A stretch of DNA of 64,000 nucleotides. It comes from a virus (Duplodnaviria > Caudoviricetes). A model generated the notes under the pieces. That model searched no databases, was not told the DNA's origin, and saw only the letters and a list, made by a program, of their open reading frames with translations. Positions 19,407 through 28,683 of the stretch are shown here, piece by piece. The stretch spans positions 24,721 through 88,720 of IMG/VR virus record IMGVR_UViG_3300030372_003714. The stretch is one strand, 5' to 3'. Numbering within the stretch: position 1 is the stretch's first letter; every line of letters starts with the position of its first letter. The position numbers and the translations under genes were made by a program.

Positions 19407-21425
19407 TTAAAATCTTACTTTTCTCTTTTTAAAGTGAGATGTGCGCCAAAATTTATCACCTAAGCCGTAGTCAAACTGGGCTTCTAAATCAATATGATAG
19501 TTTTCATGTGAGTGTAAAATACATAACATAAACGCTATTGCGCGGTCAAAGTTACCATCTTTATCATATGCTATCAATTCTTTTAGTAATGGTATAGACA
19601 ATATAGAATGTAAATTTAATTTATCATTACCATCTTCACCATCGGCTCTTTTTTCTAGCAACCAATCTCTTAAATATATTTCAGCTTGCACCTTTATTGG
19701 CTGACTCATGTGTACTCCATATCCTCTAGCTACTGTAGTTCTATTTACAATATCTTTTAAAATACTTGGTTGAGACTTCAATAAATGTAAACACTTTTTT
19801 TGCTCAAAATATATCTTCAAACCTTTTAAGTTATTTTCATATAAGGTTTGCGCATTGTAATATGTGAGAAGTTTTCTAATATTCTCATAATATTCTTTTG
19901 CGGTTTCTGGTCTACCAGTATATTCTGCTACTGGTAAATTATAAGTTTTATCAAACTTTTGGAATGTCTTATAAATAAAAGTACTTCCCAAAGAGCTCGT
20001 TGTAGAATCGTCTTGATCATAAGGGTCAGTTCCTGCAATATACAATCCAAACGGACTACTACCAGAATCATCTCTATAAGGATGTTCCCATATAACAATA
20101 CATCCTTGTTTATCTTCGTTTGGTTTTAATGGGAATTTATTAATAGGTTTTAAATCATTATTAGGCATCCATTTTACTGTATCCTTTTCCCAATATAACT
20201 CACCTACCATAGCCATGTCTTGTGCTTTTTTAGTAACTTCAAGTTCAGCTAGCCAAGCATTTAATTCAATAGTAGGGAATATATTTCCGCTTGTTTTTAA
20301 GAAAGCTTCTCTTGGAGTCTTTGGTGACTGTGTGATATATTTTTCCCAAGTAGTTCTAGAATCTGTAGTTTTTAATATCCTGCGCTCTTGATCTAAAAAT
20401 GTTTCAGCCGCTTCTCTATTAGAGTTACCATCTTCATCTACCATACTAACTACCTCGCCCGTTTTCTCTATTGTAACCTTTCCAGGCTTATACCACATAT
20501 CATCAATAAAAAATCCAGCATTAGTTCCAAGACCTCCATCATCCCAAATATTCTCATAAGGTCTTAACCAATACTTTTCTGGATTGTAAAACATCTCAGC
20601 AAAATCATTAGATCCACCATCCATGTCACCCCCTGTTCCAAAGATAAGAGGCATACCAATCATAACATTACCATCTCTAAATACTGGAGCTGTTACCATA
20701 TATGCATTTATAAGATTAGGGAATTTTCCAGCCTCCTCGAATAACATAAGGTCTGCTGTTTTACCAATAGCTGCCGAGAAGTTATCCTTAAACGTTAGTG
20801 TAAATATTTCACTATTATATCCATTCCAAACTTCCTGGCCATCTACCACTTCTTTAAACCTGGCTTTTACAAAATCTCGTCTATCTGGATTTCTACGCTT
20901 TGCCCATGCGGTATGTTTATTTATAAAGTTTAACATTTCAAATGCCATACTCATAGTAGCTCCAGAATATTCATTTAAATAAGCTCCAATAATACTTGTA
21001 GAATCTCTAAAGAAATTATATTGATATACACATAATGCCCCGTTCTTATATGAGAATCCCTTACGTCGGGCTTTTGCTACAATTATTCCTTGCCCGTTTT
21101 GTCTAGCTAATTCTACCTCCATAAAATAATAATAGTCCATATCTAGAAAAGAAGGGAATGTTAAGATCTTTCTTTCTATTTTACCCTGCTTTACTGTTGC
21201 TTTAATCTGTGTAAAATTTAAATAAAAATAATGAGCACCTGTAATTCTAACTCCTCCTATTTCATAACCATCCATACATCTACGGGTTTGTTCATCCCAA
21301 TATTCTCTATATGCATAGGTGCCTGGAGGAGAGTTAGTATAATATCCATTCTTTATGAAGTTTTTAGCTTCACAAGAAAACTCTCTTGTATTAACAAAAT
21401 GTGGTACTATTTGGAAGTGATTCAT
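19407..21425 (-). CDS. terL: Terminase large subunit
   Basis: KARRKGFSYK Walker A, LFEEAGK Walker B, FGTGG coupling motif, GTDPYDQD nuclease motif, NFDRAIA. Confidence 0.95.
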   Translation of the reverse strand: MNHFQIVPHFVNTREFSCEAKNFIKNGYYTNSPPGTYAYREYWDEQTRRCMDGYEIGGVRITGAHYFYLNFTQIKATVKQGKIERKILTFPSFLDMDYYYFMEVELARQNGQGIIVAKARRKGFSYKNGALCVYQYNFFRDSTSIIGAYLNEYSGATMSMAFEMLNFINKHTAWAKRRNPDRRDFVKARFKEVVDGQEVWNGYNSEIFTLTFKDNFSAAIGKTADLMLFEEAGKFPNLINAYMVTAPVFRDGNVMIGMPLIFGTGGDMDGGSNDFAEMFYNPEKYWLRPYENIWDDGGLGTNAGFFIDDMWYKPGKVTIEKTGEVVSMVDEDGNSNREAAETFLDQERRILKTTDSRTTWEKYITQSPKTPREAFLKTSGNIFPTIELNAWLAELEVTKKAQDMAMVGELYWEKDTVKWMPNNDLKPINKFPLKPNEDKQGCIVIWEHPYRDDSGSSPFGLYIAGTDPYDQDDSTTSSLGSTFIYKTFQKFDKTYNLPVAEYTGRPETAKEYYENIRKLLTYYNAQTLYENNLKGLKIYFEQKKCLHLLKSQPSILKDIVNRTTVARGYGVHMSQPIKVQAEIYLRDWLLEKRADGEDGNDKLNLHSILSIPLLKELIAYDKDGNFDRAIAFMLCILHSHENYHIDLEAQFDYGLGDKFWRTSHFKKRKVRF

Positions 21426-21426
21426 A

Positions 21427-21756
21427 CTATTTAAATTTATACATTGCAGAAAACGAATTAGCTACAGGAGTGTTTACTACTAATTTAAATCCAGGAGGCA
21501 TAATAAGCTCGTCTTCAAAAAATTCTATACCTGCCCCATCTAAAATAGTTATTCTATAACATAAAAAAAACTCTCTAATATTAGTAGGATTAGTGTCTTG
21601 CTTTATAGATATATCTATCTCTAGATCTCCACCAGATATATTAGCTATTCTTAAAAAACTAAGCTCTTTATTATTTGTAGGTATTTCTATATCCCCAGGT
21701 CCTGTTCTATGATTGAACAATCCTTGACTCTCATTTATTTCTCCTGTTACTGCCAT
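21427..21756 (-). CDS. Hypothetical beta-rich protein
   Basis: Operonic 109-aa ORF; no motif recognised. Confidence 0.6.
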   Translation of the reverse strand: MAVTGEINESQGLFNHRTGPGDIEIPTNNKELSFLRIANISGGDLEIDISIKQDTNPTNIREFFLCYRITILDGAGIEFFEDELIMPPGFKLVVNTPVANSFSAMYKFK

Positions 21757-21768
21757 TATTATATTATT

Positions 21769-22794
21769 TTAAGTTAGAGTTTGATCTACATTTGTTCTTA
21801 AGTTAACTACATTTACTAATGTATATTCAACTTGAAAATACATATCTGGCTGTTTAACAGCATTTATTACAGAAGGAGTACTTAAAAGCAAAGGTTTATT
21901 TGTTACTGGACCTAACATTGGTGTTCCATGTTTTTCTGCATCTAGTGTTACTTGATACCACCAATCTAGTGGATTTGAACATATTACAACTTGCCTTGGT
22001 ATTCCACCTATAATCCTATCAGCATTTGCTCCTCCAGAAGCTCGCCAACCAAATTGAATAGGATAACTACCCGAACTCCATCCTGATCCTACTGTACCTA
22101 ATTTATTTACTAATATACTTCTAATATACATTACTTGGTTTGGTCCTGGGGTTGGAGTAATAGCTATACCGTTAGCAAGACCAGCTCCTGTTGGCCATCC
22201 CGACGGGTCTGTTGCGGCTGTACTACCAACTACTTTAGTAGTATAGATTCTGCTTGCTTGTACAACCTTACCATTTTTACCAAAACCTGCTGTAGTTTTA
22301 AGTAGGTTTTCTTCTAATTCCATACCTAAGAAATTAGCAGCATTGGTATAAGCTCCCATCTTAACATATCTAGGTCCAGATCCTCCTTCAACAAAAAAGT
22401 TTTGCTCAGTAGTTACTCCAATATTTAATTCATTTCTTGCCCTTAATGTTCCATTTACATCCATAGCAGATCCAGGAGTCTGTGTTCTAAAACCAACAGT
22501 TCTATTGTCTGTATTTATATACAATGTTTCTTGAGCTGTAGCATCAGAACCTATTTTTACAACACTCCCTGTATCTGTAATTTCAGAATCACCTAATGTT
22601 GTTGGATTAATCCATTTAGCAACAGTGTCTCCTGTACCGGTTCCCCCTACAGTTCCCATTGTACCAGTACCTAATTTACCATCAGGTTCTACAACAACAG
22701 CATCTGTAGAAGTAGAGGCATCTAATTTTTTTAGATACACATAATTTCTAAATGTAGAAATCCAATCAAATACATATTCCCCTATTCTTTTCAT
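21769..22794 (-). CDS. Fibre/decoration-like protein
   Basis: Gly/Thr-rich; VAKWINPTTLGDSEITD...VKIG and VGFRTQTPGSAMDVNG resemble Bacteroidota/phage beta-helix fibre repeats. Confidence 0.5.
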   Translation of the reverse strand: MKRIGEYVFDWISTFRNYVYLKKLDASTSTDAVVVEPDGKLGTGTMGTVGGTGTGDTVAKWINPTTLGDSEITDTGSVVKIGSDATAQETLYINTDNRTVGFRTQTPGSAMDVNGTLRARNELNIGVTTEQNFFVEGGSGPRYVKMGAYTNAANFLGMELEENLLKTTAGFGKNGKVVQASRIYTTKVVGSTAATDPSGWPTGAGLANGIAITPTPGPNQVMYIRSILVNKLGTVGSGWSSGSYPIQFGWRASGGANADRIIGGIPRQVVICSNPLDWWYQVTLDAEKHGTPMLGPVTNKPLLLSTPSVINAVKQPDMYFQVEYTLVNVVNLRTNVDQTLT

Positions 22795-23268
22795 CTACAT
22801 TTCTCTATTTTCATATACAACTTTTCCGTCTCTTTTTAAAGCTACTGTTAGTTTTTTTCTATTTTCTCTATGAGTCACATAACTAACGTGTATCCAGTTA
22901 GGGTTTTCTTCATCTCCAAACTCCCATATTAACTGATCAAAATCTAGATGCTCTTTTATAAAATGATACATTTCGGCATTACTACATCTTCCAAATGTAT
23001 CATCAAGATCCATTGCTTGACCTTTCATATGCTGTGATCGCTTACTTCCACCAATAGCAGTATTAACAGGTTCTCCCCTGAAAAAACTATTTATTTTTAT
23101 TGGTCCTCCTACATACGCACGTAATGGTTCGAATACATTTTCTGCAATCTCTTTCATACACTTAAGCTGTTCTGTGTTTGGAACATTTTCCAATCCTAGT
23201 CTATCTGCAGTTCTACTACGAACTCCTTCACGATAACTTACATGTTCACTAATTCTACCTAACTTCAT
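22795..23268 (-). CDS. Endolysin, peptidase M15A family
   Basis: INSFFR...N.AIGGS.RSQHMKGQAMD...NWIHVS: the H, D and H Zn ligands of M15. Confidence 0.9.
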   Translation of the reverse strand: MKLGRISEHVSYREGVRSRTADRLGLENVPNTEQLKCMKEIAENVFEPLRAYVGGPIKINSFFRGEPVNTAIGGSKRSQHMKGQAMDLDDTFGRCSNAEMYHFIKEHLDFDQLIWEFGDEENPNWIHVSYVTHRENRKKLTVALKRDGKVVYENREM

Positions 23269-23381
23269 TACGCTTTACAACATTTATCTCCTGCATCACA
23301 TACTTCAGGTTTTATACACCATTCTAAACAAACTAAACCAAAGGTTATAGCTTTTATCCATTTACAAAATTTAACTTTCAT
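23268..23381 (-). CDS. 37-aa Cys-rich peptide (not in ORF track)
   Basis: MKVKFCKWIKAITFGLVCLEWCIKPEVCDAGDKCCKA; fills the gap exactly; TAATG overlap with the endolysin start. Confidence 0.7.
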   Translation of the reverse strand: MKVKFCKWIKAITFGLVCLEWCIKPEVCDAGDKCCKA

Positions 23382-23386
23382 TATTT

Positions 23387-23611
23387 CTATTTTTTTGCGA
23401 ATTTTTCAATACCCGCTATTCCAAAACATCCTAATACTAAGAATAGGAACGAGTCATAAACAAATTCATTTATTACTAAATCTTTACCACACCAACCTGT
23501 AATCATATCGGCTAGCATTATTAAAATCATAATCACAAATGCAATAAAGCCTACAATAGCTTTTTCATTCCAGTCATTATCATCTTTGAATATCTCTAAA
23601 AATTTTTTCAT
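23387..23611 (-). CDS. Putative holin (2 TM)
   Basis: Two hydrophobic helices, basic C-terminus, next to the endolysin. Confidence 0.6.
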   Translation of the reverse strand: MKKFLEIFKDDNDWNEKAIVGFIAFVIMILIMLADMITGWCGKDLVINEFVYDSFLFLVLGCFGIAGIEKFAKK

Positions 23612-23621
23612 TAATATCTAT

Positions 23622-24017
23622 TTAATTATTAAGTTCATTTACAACACCCTGAACTTTTTTAGGCGCTTTCTTGGGACATAGTTTAAATTTTATATCACCT
23701 TCAAATCTTTTAACTTCTATTCCATCATTAAAAATAATTACTGTTGGTAATACTTTTATTTTAAAGGATTTGGCTTTTTCAGTTTCTACATTCATAATAT
23801 AATACATAGCTCCTGTTATTTCTGATAACCAAGATGTACACATATTAGTTTCATTCCAGGGGGCCCAAAATTCAACAACAGATGTTCCACTATTTACTTT
23901 TGTAAAATTATCATCTGTTAATGTTGCTTGTGCATTACTTGCTGTGCCCATAAGAAACACAAATATCATAATCAAAATATAAGTAATATACGTTTTTATC
24001 TCATTAGTCTCTTCCAT
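23622..24017 (-). CDS. Exported thioredoxin-fold protein lacking CxxC
   Basis: Signal/TM segment ending AQA; VVEFWAPWN and IKVLPTVIIFNDG.EVKRFEG thioredoxin motifs. Confidence 0.7.
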   Translation of the reverse strand: MEETNEIKTYITYILIMIFVFLMGTASNAQATLTDDNFTKVNSGTSVVEFWAPWNETNMCTSWLSEITGAMYYIMNVETEKAKSFKIKVLPTVIIFNDGIEVKRFEGDIKFKLCPKKAPKKVQGVVNELNN

Positions 24018-24295
24018 TATTTATATAATTTTTCTTCTATCTTTTCGATAGACTCCTTAATTTCTGTTACATCATCCTGAGTATTTAAGATCGTTTCGCG
24101 TATCATTTGATCTTTTAAATCATACTCCATTCTAGTTACTTCTGGTTCTGGTGGTATTGGTAATTCTTTCGCTTCTTCAATATCAGCTTGTAGAGCGAAC
24201 CACATTCCCACTAAAGAAACTATTCCAGCTATAATTAAACCTATTGTTTTTAAGTCTAATGTTATTTTTGTATTTTCCCCAATCTCTTTTGCCAT
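24017..24295 (-). CDS. Membrane-anchored coiled-coil protein (lysis accessory/spanin candidate)
   Basis: One N-terminal TM, Pro-rich linker, coiled coil; within the lysis cluster. Confidence 0.45.
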   Translation of the reverse strand: MAKEIGENTKITLDLKTIGLIIAGIVSLVGMWFALQADIEEAKELPIPPEPEVTRMEYDLKDQMIRETILNTQDDVTEIKESIEKIEEKLYK

Positions 24296-24324
24296 TCATG
24301 TTATAATATTATAAAGTTAATAAT

Positions 24325-24879
24325 TTATTGAGTTTGTATTATCCATCCTGTAATAATATACTTATCATCTGATATAGGCATTAATGCTCTATGAGGCCAT
24401 TCCCATGTAGAAGGAAATAAAACTAATTTACCACATTCAGGTTTAATGCTGAAATCTTTAAACTCAGTTTCGCCTCCTTCTTTTACATCATTTAGATACC
24501 ACATGTAAACAATATATCTTTTTTGTGAAGATGTTTCATCTACATGCCAGTCATAAAATCCAGATCCTTTATCATATTTTTGTACCTGATAACCTGAATC
24601 TGCTATATTAGGAGGAAAGTATACTTTGTCTCCTACCATAGTTGCATTAATATATTTAGAAACCTCATCTTTTAATTCTTCATATAATTTATTATCTAAA
24701 TCTTTCCATCCCTCATTAAGACTAATATTCATATCTGTAGTCTTTTTAATATCTTCATTTACTCCTCCAGCCATTTGTCCTGGAGCTTTTCTCTCATCAC
24801 TTTCAAATCTTTCTATCAGTTGTTTACATAATTCTGGTGAAAGGCTATTTTCTTTTATATATAAATTTTCTTTAGTCAT
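24325..24879 (-). CDS. 2OG-Fe(II) oxygenase (prolyl-4-hydroxylase-like)
   Basis: YDWHVD, YLNDVKEGGETEF, LVLFP, PHRA, KYIITGW: HxD...H...K signature. Confidence 0.9.
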   Translation of the reverse strand: MTKENLYIKENSLSPELCKQLIERFESDERKAPGQMAGGVNEDIKKTTDMNISLNEGWKDLDNKLYEELKDEVSKYINATMVGDKVYFPPNIADSGYQVQKYDKGSGFYDWHVDETSSQKRYIVYMWYLNDVKEGGETEFKDFSIKPECGKLVLFPSTWEWPHRALMPISDDKYIITGWIIQTQ

Positions 24880-24882
24880 AAA

Positions 24883-25137
24883 TTAAACTGGTTTTCTTGA
24901 AAAAAATTTTTCATTCTCTAATATTTTCTTAAGTACTGAACATTTTTCATATTCTTCAGTTTCAATAAAATATTCAATCATACCTTCTAGATCTGGCTCT
25001 TCTTGTCTAATGTCATAAGGTAATGAACACTCTCCTTCCTTATCCATTATTTTATCAAAAGTTTTAGCGCCTATAATAATTTCATAGGCGTTGTTCATCG
25101 CTTCGTCTAATATTTCTGAATCATACTTTTCCTGCAT
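24883..25137 (-). CDS. Small protein with UVR-like EEYEKC motif
   Basis: MIEYFIETEEYEKCSVLKKI; paralog at 49877-50248. Confidence 0.6.
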   Translation of the reverse strand: MQEKYDSEILDEAMNNAYEIIIGAKTFDKIMDKEGECSLPYDIRQEEPDLEGMIEYFIETEEYEKCSVLKKILENEKFFSRKPV

Positions 25138-25360
25138 ATTGTTTCTTTTTTATACTACTAATTAATTTTTCTAAATAAGCTGAGAATAATTCTAGAGGCA
25201 TCCATTCTAATGTACATATTGATTTACCTTCGTAAAACATTACATTACCGAATACATCTATTGTGTCTTCTCCACCTACCTTTCTAGTTAATAATTTCTT
25301 ATGATCTTTAGATGGTCTAAACCCATAATTATCTATTAATTGCTTTCTTGTAATTGCCAT
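25121..25360 (-). CDS. Hypothetical protein
   Basis: Operonic 79-aa ORF. Confidence 0.55.
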   Translation of the reverse strand: MAITRKQLIDNYGFRPSKDHKKLLTRKVGGEDTIDVFGNVMFYEGKSICTLEWMPLELFSAYLEKLISSIKKKQYAGKV

Positions 25361-25361
25361 G

Positions 25362-25571
25362 TTATTGTTTTTTTCTAATATATTCTAAAATTATATCTAT
25401 CTTCTTTTTTATTTCATTCATATTATCAGCATTCTTCTCATGGTGTCGAGAAAATGTGTTTTTTACTTCATGTATGCTAAAAAAGAAAAAACGATATAAA
25501 GCATATAAAGCTCCTAGTAATAATACTAAAGGGAGCCCGTATCCTTCTATAAGTTTTAATATTTCTTCCAT
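25362..25571 (-). CDS. Small membrane protein (TM plus coiled coil; holin-like)
   Basis: YGLPLVLLLGALYALYRFFFF TM segment followed by an amphipathic helix. Confidence 0.55.
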   Translation of the reverse strand: MEEILKLIEGYGLPLVLLLGALYALYRFFFFSIHEVKNTFSRHHEKNADNMNEIKKKIDIILEYIRKKQ

Positions 25572-25574
25572 TCA

Positions 25575-25931
25575 CTATTCTGTTTTTGCATTGGGCCAGT
25601 AGCCTAAAGGACAATCCGAGGATCTCCAAGTTGCTTTAGTAGTGAGTATACATCCACATCTATTACATGTTCCTCCATGATTATGTGTACATTTTGAACA
25701 TATATTAAGTCTAGCTGTTAATTCATTTTTATCTACTTTAACCATACCATCTGCTACGTGATCTACTATAGCTTCACCAAAATTTAAAGCCTTTTTCAAA
25801 AGACTAGGGCTGCTAGTATTATTTTCCTTAACAGGCTCTATCTCTTGTTTTGGAACTTCAAATCCTTTTGAAGTAATTGGTGTAACAACAGGTTGTCCCA
25901 CTTTTTTATTTTTATTGCATCCGCATCCCAT
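25575..25931 (-). CDS. Cys-rich Zn-finger-like protein
   Basis: MGCGC N-terminus; RLNICSKC...CNRCGC...K...CPLGYW (DUF6171-like pattern, from recall). Confidence 0.65.
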   Translation of the reverse strand: MGCGCNKNKKVGQPVVTPITSKGFEVPKQEIEPVKENNTSSPSLLKKALNFGEAIVDHVADGMVKVDKNELTARLNICSKCTHNHGGTCNRCGCILTTKATWRSSDCPLGYWPNAKTE

Positions 25932-25942
25932 AATTATTAATT

Positions 25943-26482
25943 TTATCGTTCATATAATCCGATGTCTCCGCCTCCTCTAACACGAGATTCAGTTTTAACT
26001 TCTTTTTTAATTCTAGTTTCTAACTTATCTAAACTGTCTACAATACTTCCTACTTTCTCTAAATTGTAGGCTACATCTTTTGCAGTATAAATAGGCTTTC
26101 CATTATCATCTGTTTTAAGAAAATCTATATTCTCAAAATATCCAGCTAATTTATCAGCTGCTCCTTTTGCCGCCCTCATGAGTCTCATTGTATGAGTCTC
26201 TTGAAATTCCTGGTATCTCTTGATGGCTTCTTTTATTTCAGGAGTTTCTTTCCATTTGTCCTCTTTCATAAAGTCCTTAATAATAACATCCTTTCGTTTA
26301 TGTGTAGGATATACTGCATAAGGACTATTATAATCACACATAAAAAAGATATAAGATATTTCTCTAGTAGCTTTATCTTTACCTTTTGTTTTATCTTTTT
26401 TCCAGATCTCTCTAAACCCAGGCAATGCTAAAGAGTCTGGGTTTAATACTATATTTCCGTTTTTTAAATCAAATAATGCCAT
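25943..26482 (-). CDS. Conserved crAss-like helical protein (terminase small subunit candidate)
   Basis: YIFFMCDYNSPY motif, helical body, C-terminal VRGGG; the TerS role is inference only. Confidence 0.5.
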   Translation of the reverse strand: MALFDLKNGNIVLNPDSLALPGFREIWKKDKTKGKDKATREISYIFFMCDYNSPYAVYPTHKRKDVIIKDFMKEDKWKETPEIKEAIKRYQEFQETHTMRLMRAAKGAADKLAGYFENIDFLKTDDNGKPIYTAKDVAYNLEKVGSIVDSLDKLETRIKKEVKTESRVRGGGDIGLYER

Positions 26483-26485
26483 TTC

Positions 26486-28174
26486 TTAAGCTTGTTGGTT
26501 AGGGGTTGCACATGTTTGAGGAGGTGGTGAACTAGCTCCGCAACAAGTAGGATCTGATGCTGCATCTCCCCCATTATTGTTTGGGAAATATGGATAAGTA
26601 CTATGAACTGGAACTAATGTATAATTTGTTTTATCTATACTCTGAAGGTCTCCTCCGCTATAGAATAAAATTTCTCCAGCCTCACACCACAGTGAAACTA
26701 CAACACTAGTCGTTGCAATACTTCCTAAAACAGTTCCATTTATATCATAATGCTTTATAACATTGGGTTGGCCCATTTGCGCAATCCATATAGTATCAGT
26801 AGTTGGGTCATATACCATATCACCAGCTGGTTGTGTTTGATCTGTAGCAAATAACAACGTTTTTGTAAATGTACTTGTTCCTGGATCTAAGTCTATTTGG
26901 TATATATTAAAACCTTCATTATTTAAAAGCTTATTTACTCCCATTGAACAAAAGGAATTACCCGGCATAAAAGAACCTACATTAATACCATACATATTAC
27001 TAAAAGTTACCGTTGTACCTGTTGGGTCTATTTCAAGCTCATTTATCAACCGTATAGAACTCCCTTGTATTGGTGTATAAGTAAAAGAAGTATATATTTT
27101 ATTACCGAATTTAGCCACACTACCAGTATTTGATGAAAGAGTTCCGTTAAGATTAAAAGGAGGTCCTGAAATAGCAGCATTTATCATATTATAACAATCT
27201 TCTTCATTCATTAATTGAAAACCAACTCCTGGCGCATTCATTGTACTAGGTACAACAAATATTCCTCTGTTTATATTATCCCAACCAAAAGAACCACTTG
27301 TAACATAGGCAGTAACCATTGCGCAAGCATCTAATGCTCCTGATGCTGATCTATTAATTGCCTGTTGTCCTGGTGATGCACATGAAGGTGTTACTGTAGT
27401 AATGCATACAGGATCTTGTTTTAATGATGAGCATTCATTATATGCAGGATTACAATCACTAATTTGTATTGGTATCCATTGAGATCCCCAACAAGTACTA
27501 GCACAAGGATAATGATATGGATTACCTGGAGGAGCGCAAGATACTGGTACTCCTAATATAGCATTAGTTGGGGTACCACCTTCAAATACAGCGCACGGAA
27601 AATGATATGGTCCATTACCATCACAATCATTCACCTTAACATATTTCCCAATTTGGCCTGTGCAGGTTGGACAATTCGACTGACTACTACTATTAGCAGA
27701 TAGAGCCATTGTATATCTTAAATTCTGTGGTAATAATTCTTCTGTTGTATACGGAGGTCCTACCCATGTCTTTACTGGAGTTTCTTTTTTTACTTCTTTT
27801 TCTTTGGCTTTAGGTTTAACATTAGATAGACGTGGATTTGATGCTTGAACTTTTTTAGCATACCCTGCTTCAGGCAGTTTATATTTTTTATTAAACTCTT
27901 TAGTAGGAATAGCTTCAATTTTTGTTATTAATCCGCCAGCTGCTGGTGTAGCGTTAAGTAATGGATTATCATTAGTAAGTCTAACAGCAGGATCTAGATT
28001 TGTTTTTTGTGGCTTATTATCTTTTCCAGGCTGTAATAATAAATCAGATAGATATTGTATTCTTTCTTTATCTTTTTTTGTAGCAAAATTAATCATTGTA
28101 CCTCCCGGTAAAGAGAACGGGTACAATGATTTTTGTTTTGGATGTTCTATAAATCTAGATTTCTTTTTTGCCAT
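26486..28174 (-). CDS. 562-aa protein: basic N-terminus, Cys-rich middle, beta-propeller-like C-terminus
   Basis: GDMVYDPTTDTIWI-type blades; CPTC...YVKVNDC module resembling those in the giant protein. Confidence 0.6.
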   Translation of the reverse strand: MAKKKSRFIEHPKQKSLYPFSLPGGTMINFATKKDKERIQYLSDLLLQPGKDNKPQKTNLDPAVRLTNDNPLLNATPAAGGLITKIEAIPTKEFNKKYKLPEAGYAKKVQASNPRLSNVKPKAKEKEVKKETPVKTWVGPPYTTEELLPQNLRYTMALSANSSSQSNCPTCTGQIGKYVKVNDCDGNGPYHFPCAVFEGGTPTNAILGVPVSCAPPGNPYHYPCASTCWGSQWIPIQISDCNPAYNECSSLKQDPVCITTVTPSCASPGQQAINRSASGALDACAMVTAYVTSGSFGWDNINRGIFVVPSTMNAPGVGFQLMNEEDCYNMINAAISGPPFNLNGTLSSNTGSVAKFGNKIYTSFTYTPIQGSSIRLINELEIDPTGTTVTFSNMYGINVGSFMPGNSFCSMGVNKLLNNEGFNIYQIDLDPGTSTFTKTLLFATDQTQPAGDMVYDPTTDTIWIAQMGQPNVIKHYDINGTVLGSIATTSVVVSLWCEAGEILFYSGGDLQSIDKTNYTLVPVHSTYPYFPNNNGGDAASDPTCCGASSPPPQTCATPNQQA

Positions 28175-28176
28175 TA

Positions 28177-28479
28177 TTATGATATTTCGTATCCTCCACC
28201 TTTTATCGTATCATTGAATTCTGGTGCTGATAGACCAGATGCTGGATTTATTTCCCAGCTATATGTTAATCCATTATAATACGCATTTATATCAGCCTCT
28301 AAGGTAGCTTTTTGCTGTTCTAACTCTTTCTTTACAATGTCTAAATTAATTAGCTCTTTGTTTTCCGGATCAGGATTAGAAGTATAAAAGATTATATCCC
28401 CCTCAACTCTATGCAAAGACTCTGTCACTTGCTGTAGATTTTCTCTCATTATATCTATATTTACGGTCCAATTATTCAT
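28177..28479 (-). CDS. Hypothetical coiled-coil protein
   Basis: Operonic ORF with heptad pattern. Confidence 0.55.
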   Translation of the reverse strand: MNNWTVNIDIMRENLQQVTESLHRVEGDIIFYTSNPDPENKELINLDIVKKELEQQKATLEADINAYYNGLTYSWEINPASGLSAPEFNDTIKGGGYEIS

Positions 28480-28681
28480 TAGCTGTTTCTTGGTTTATTA
28501 TATATAATCTTTTCGGCTTTACTTTAAATACGCCAAAATGATGCAATCTCACTTTAGCGCATTCACCCTCTTCCATTTTATCTTGAACAAATTTAAACTG
28601 CGATTTAACTATACTCTCTACTACAAAATCTGGTAAATCATATTTTTCTGCTAGTTGTTCAATCAAATCTTTATCAATCAT
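28472..28681 (-). CDS. IHF/HU-like DNA-binding protein
   Basis: KDLIEQLAEKYDL...IVKSQF...VRLHHFGVFKVK matches the HU/IHF fold; a crAss-like core gene. Confidence 0.8.
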   Translation of the reverse strand: MIDKDLIEQLAEKYDLPDFVVESIVKSQFKFVQDKMEEGECAKVRLHHFGVFKVKPKRLYIINQETANE

Positions 28682-28683
28682 GC

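Noticed and set aside
9067-26431. Plus-strand track ORFs inside the late block (9067, 9269, 10442, 15547, 15941, 16836, 18089, 20623, 21231, 24626, 25354, 26192)
   Set aside because: Antisense to well-supported genes; their composition mirrors the codon bias of the real strand.
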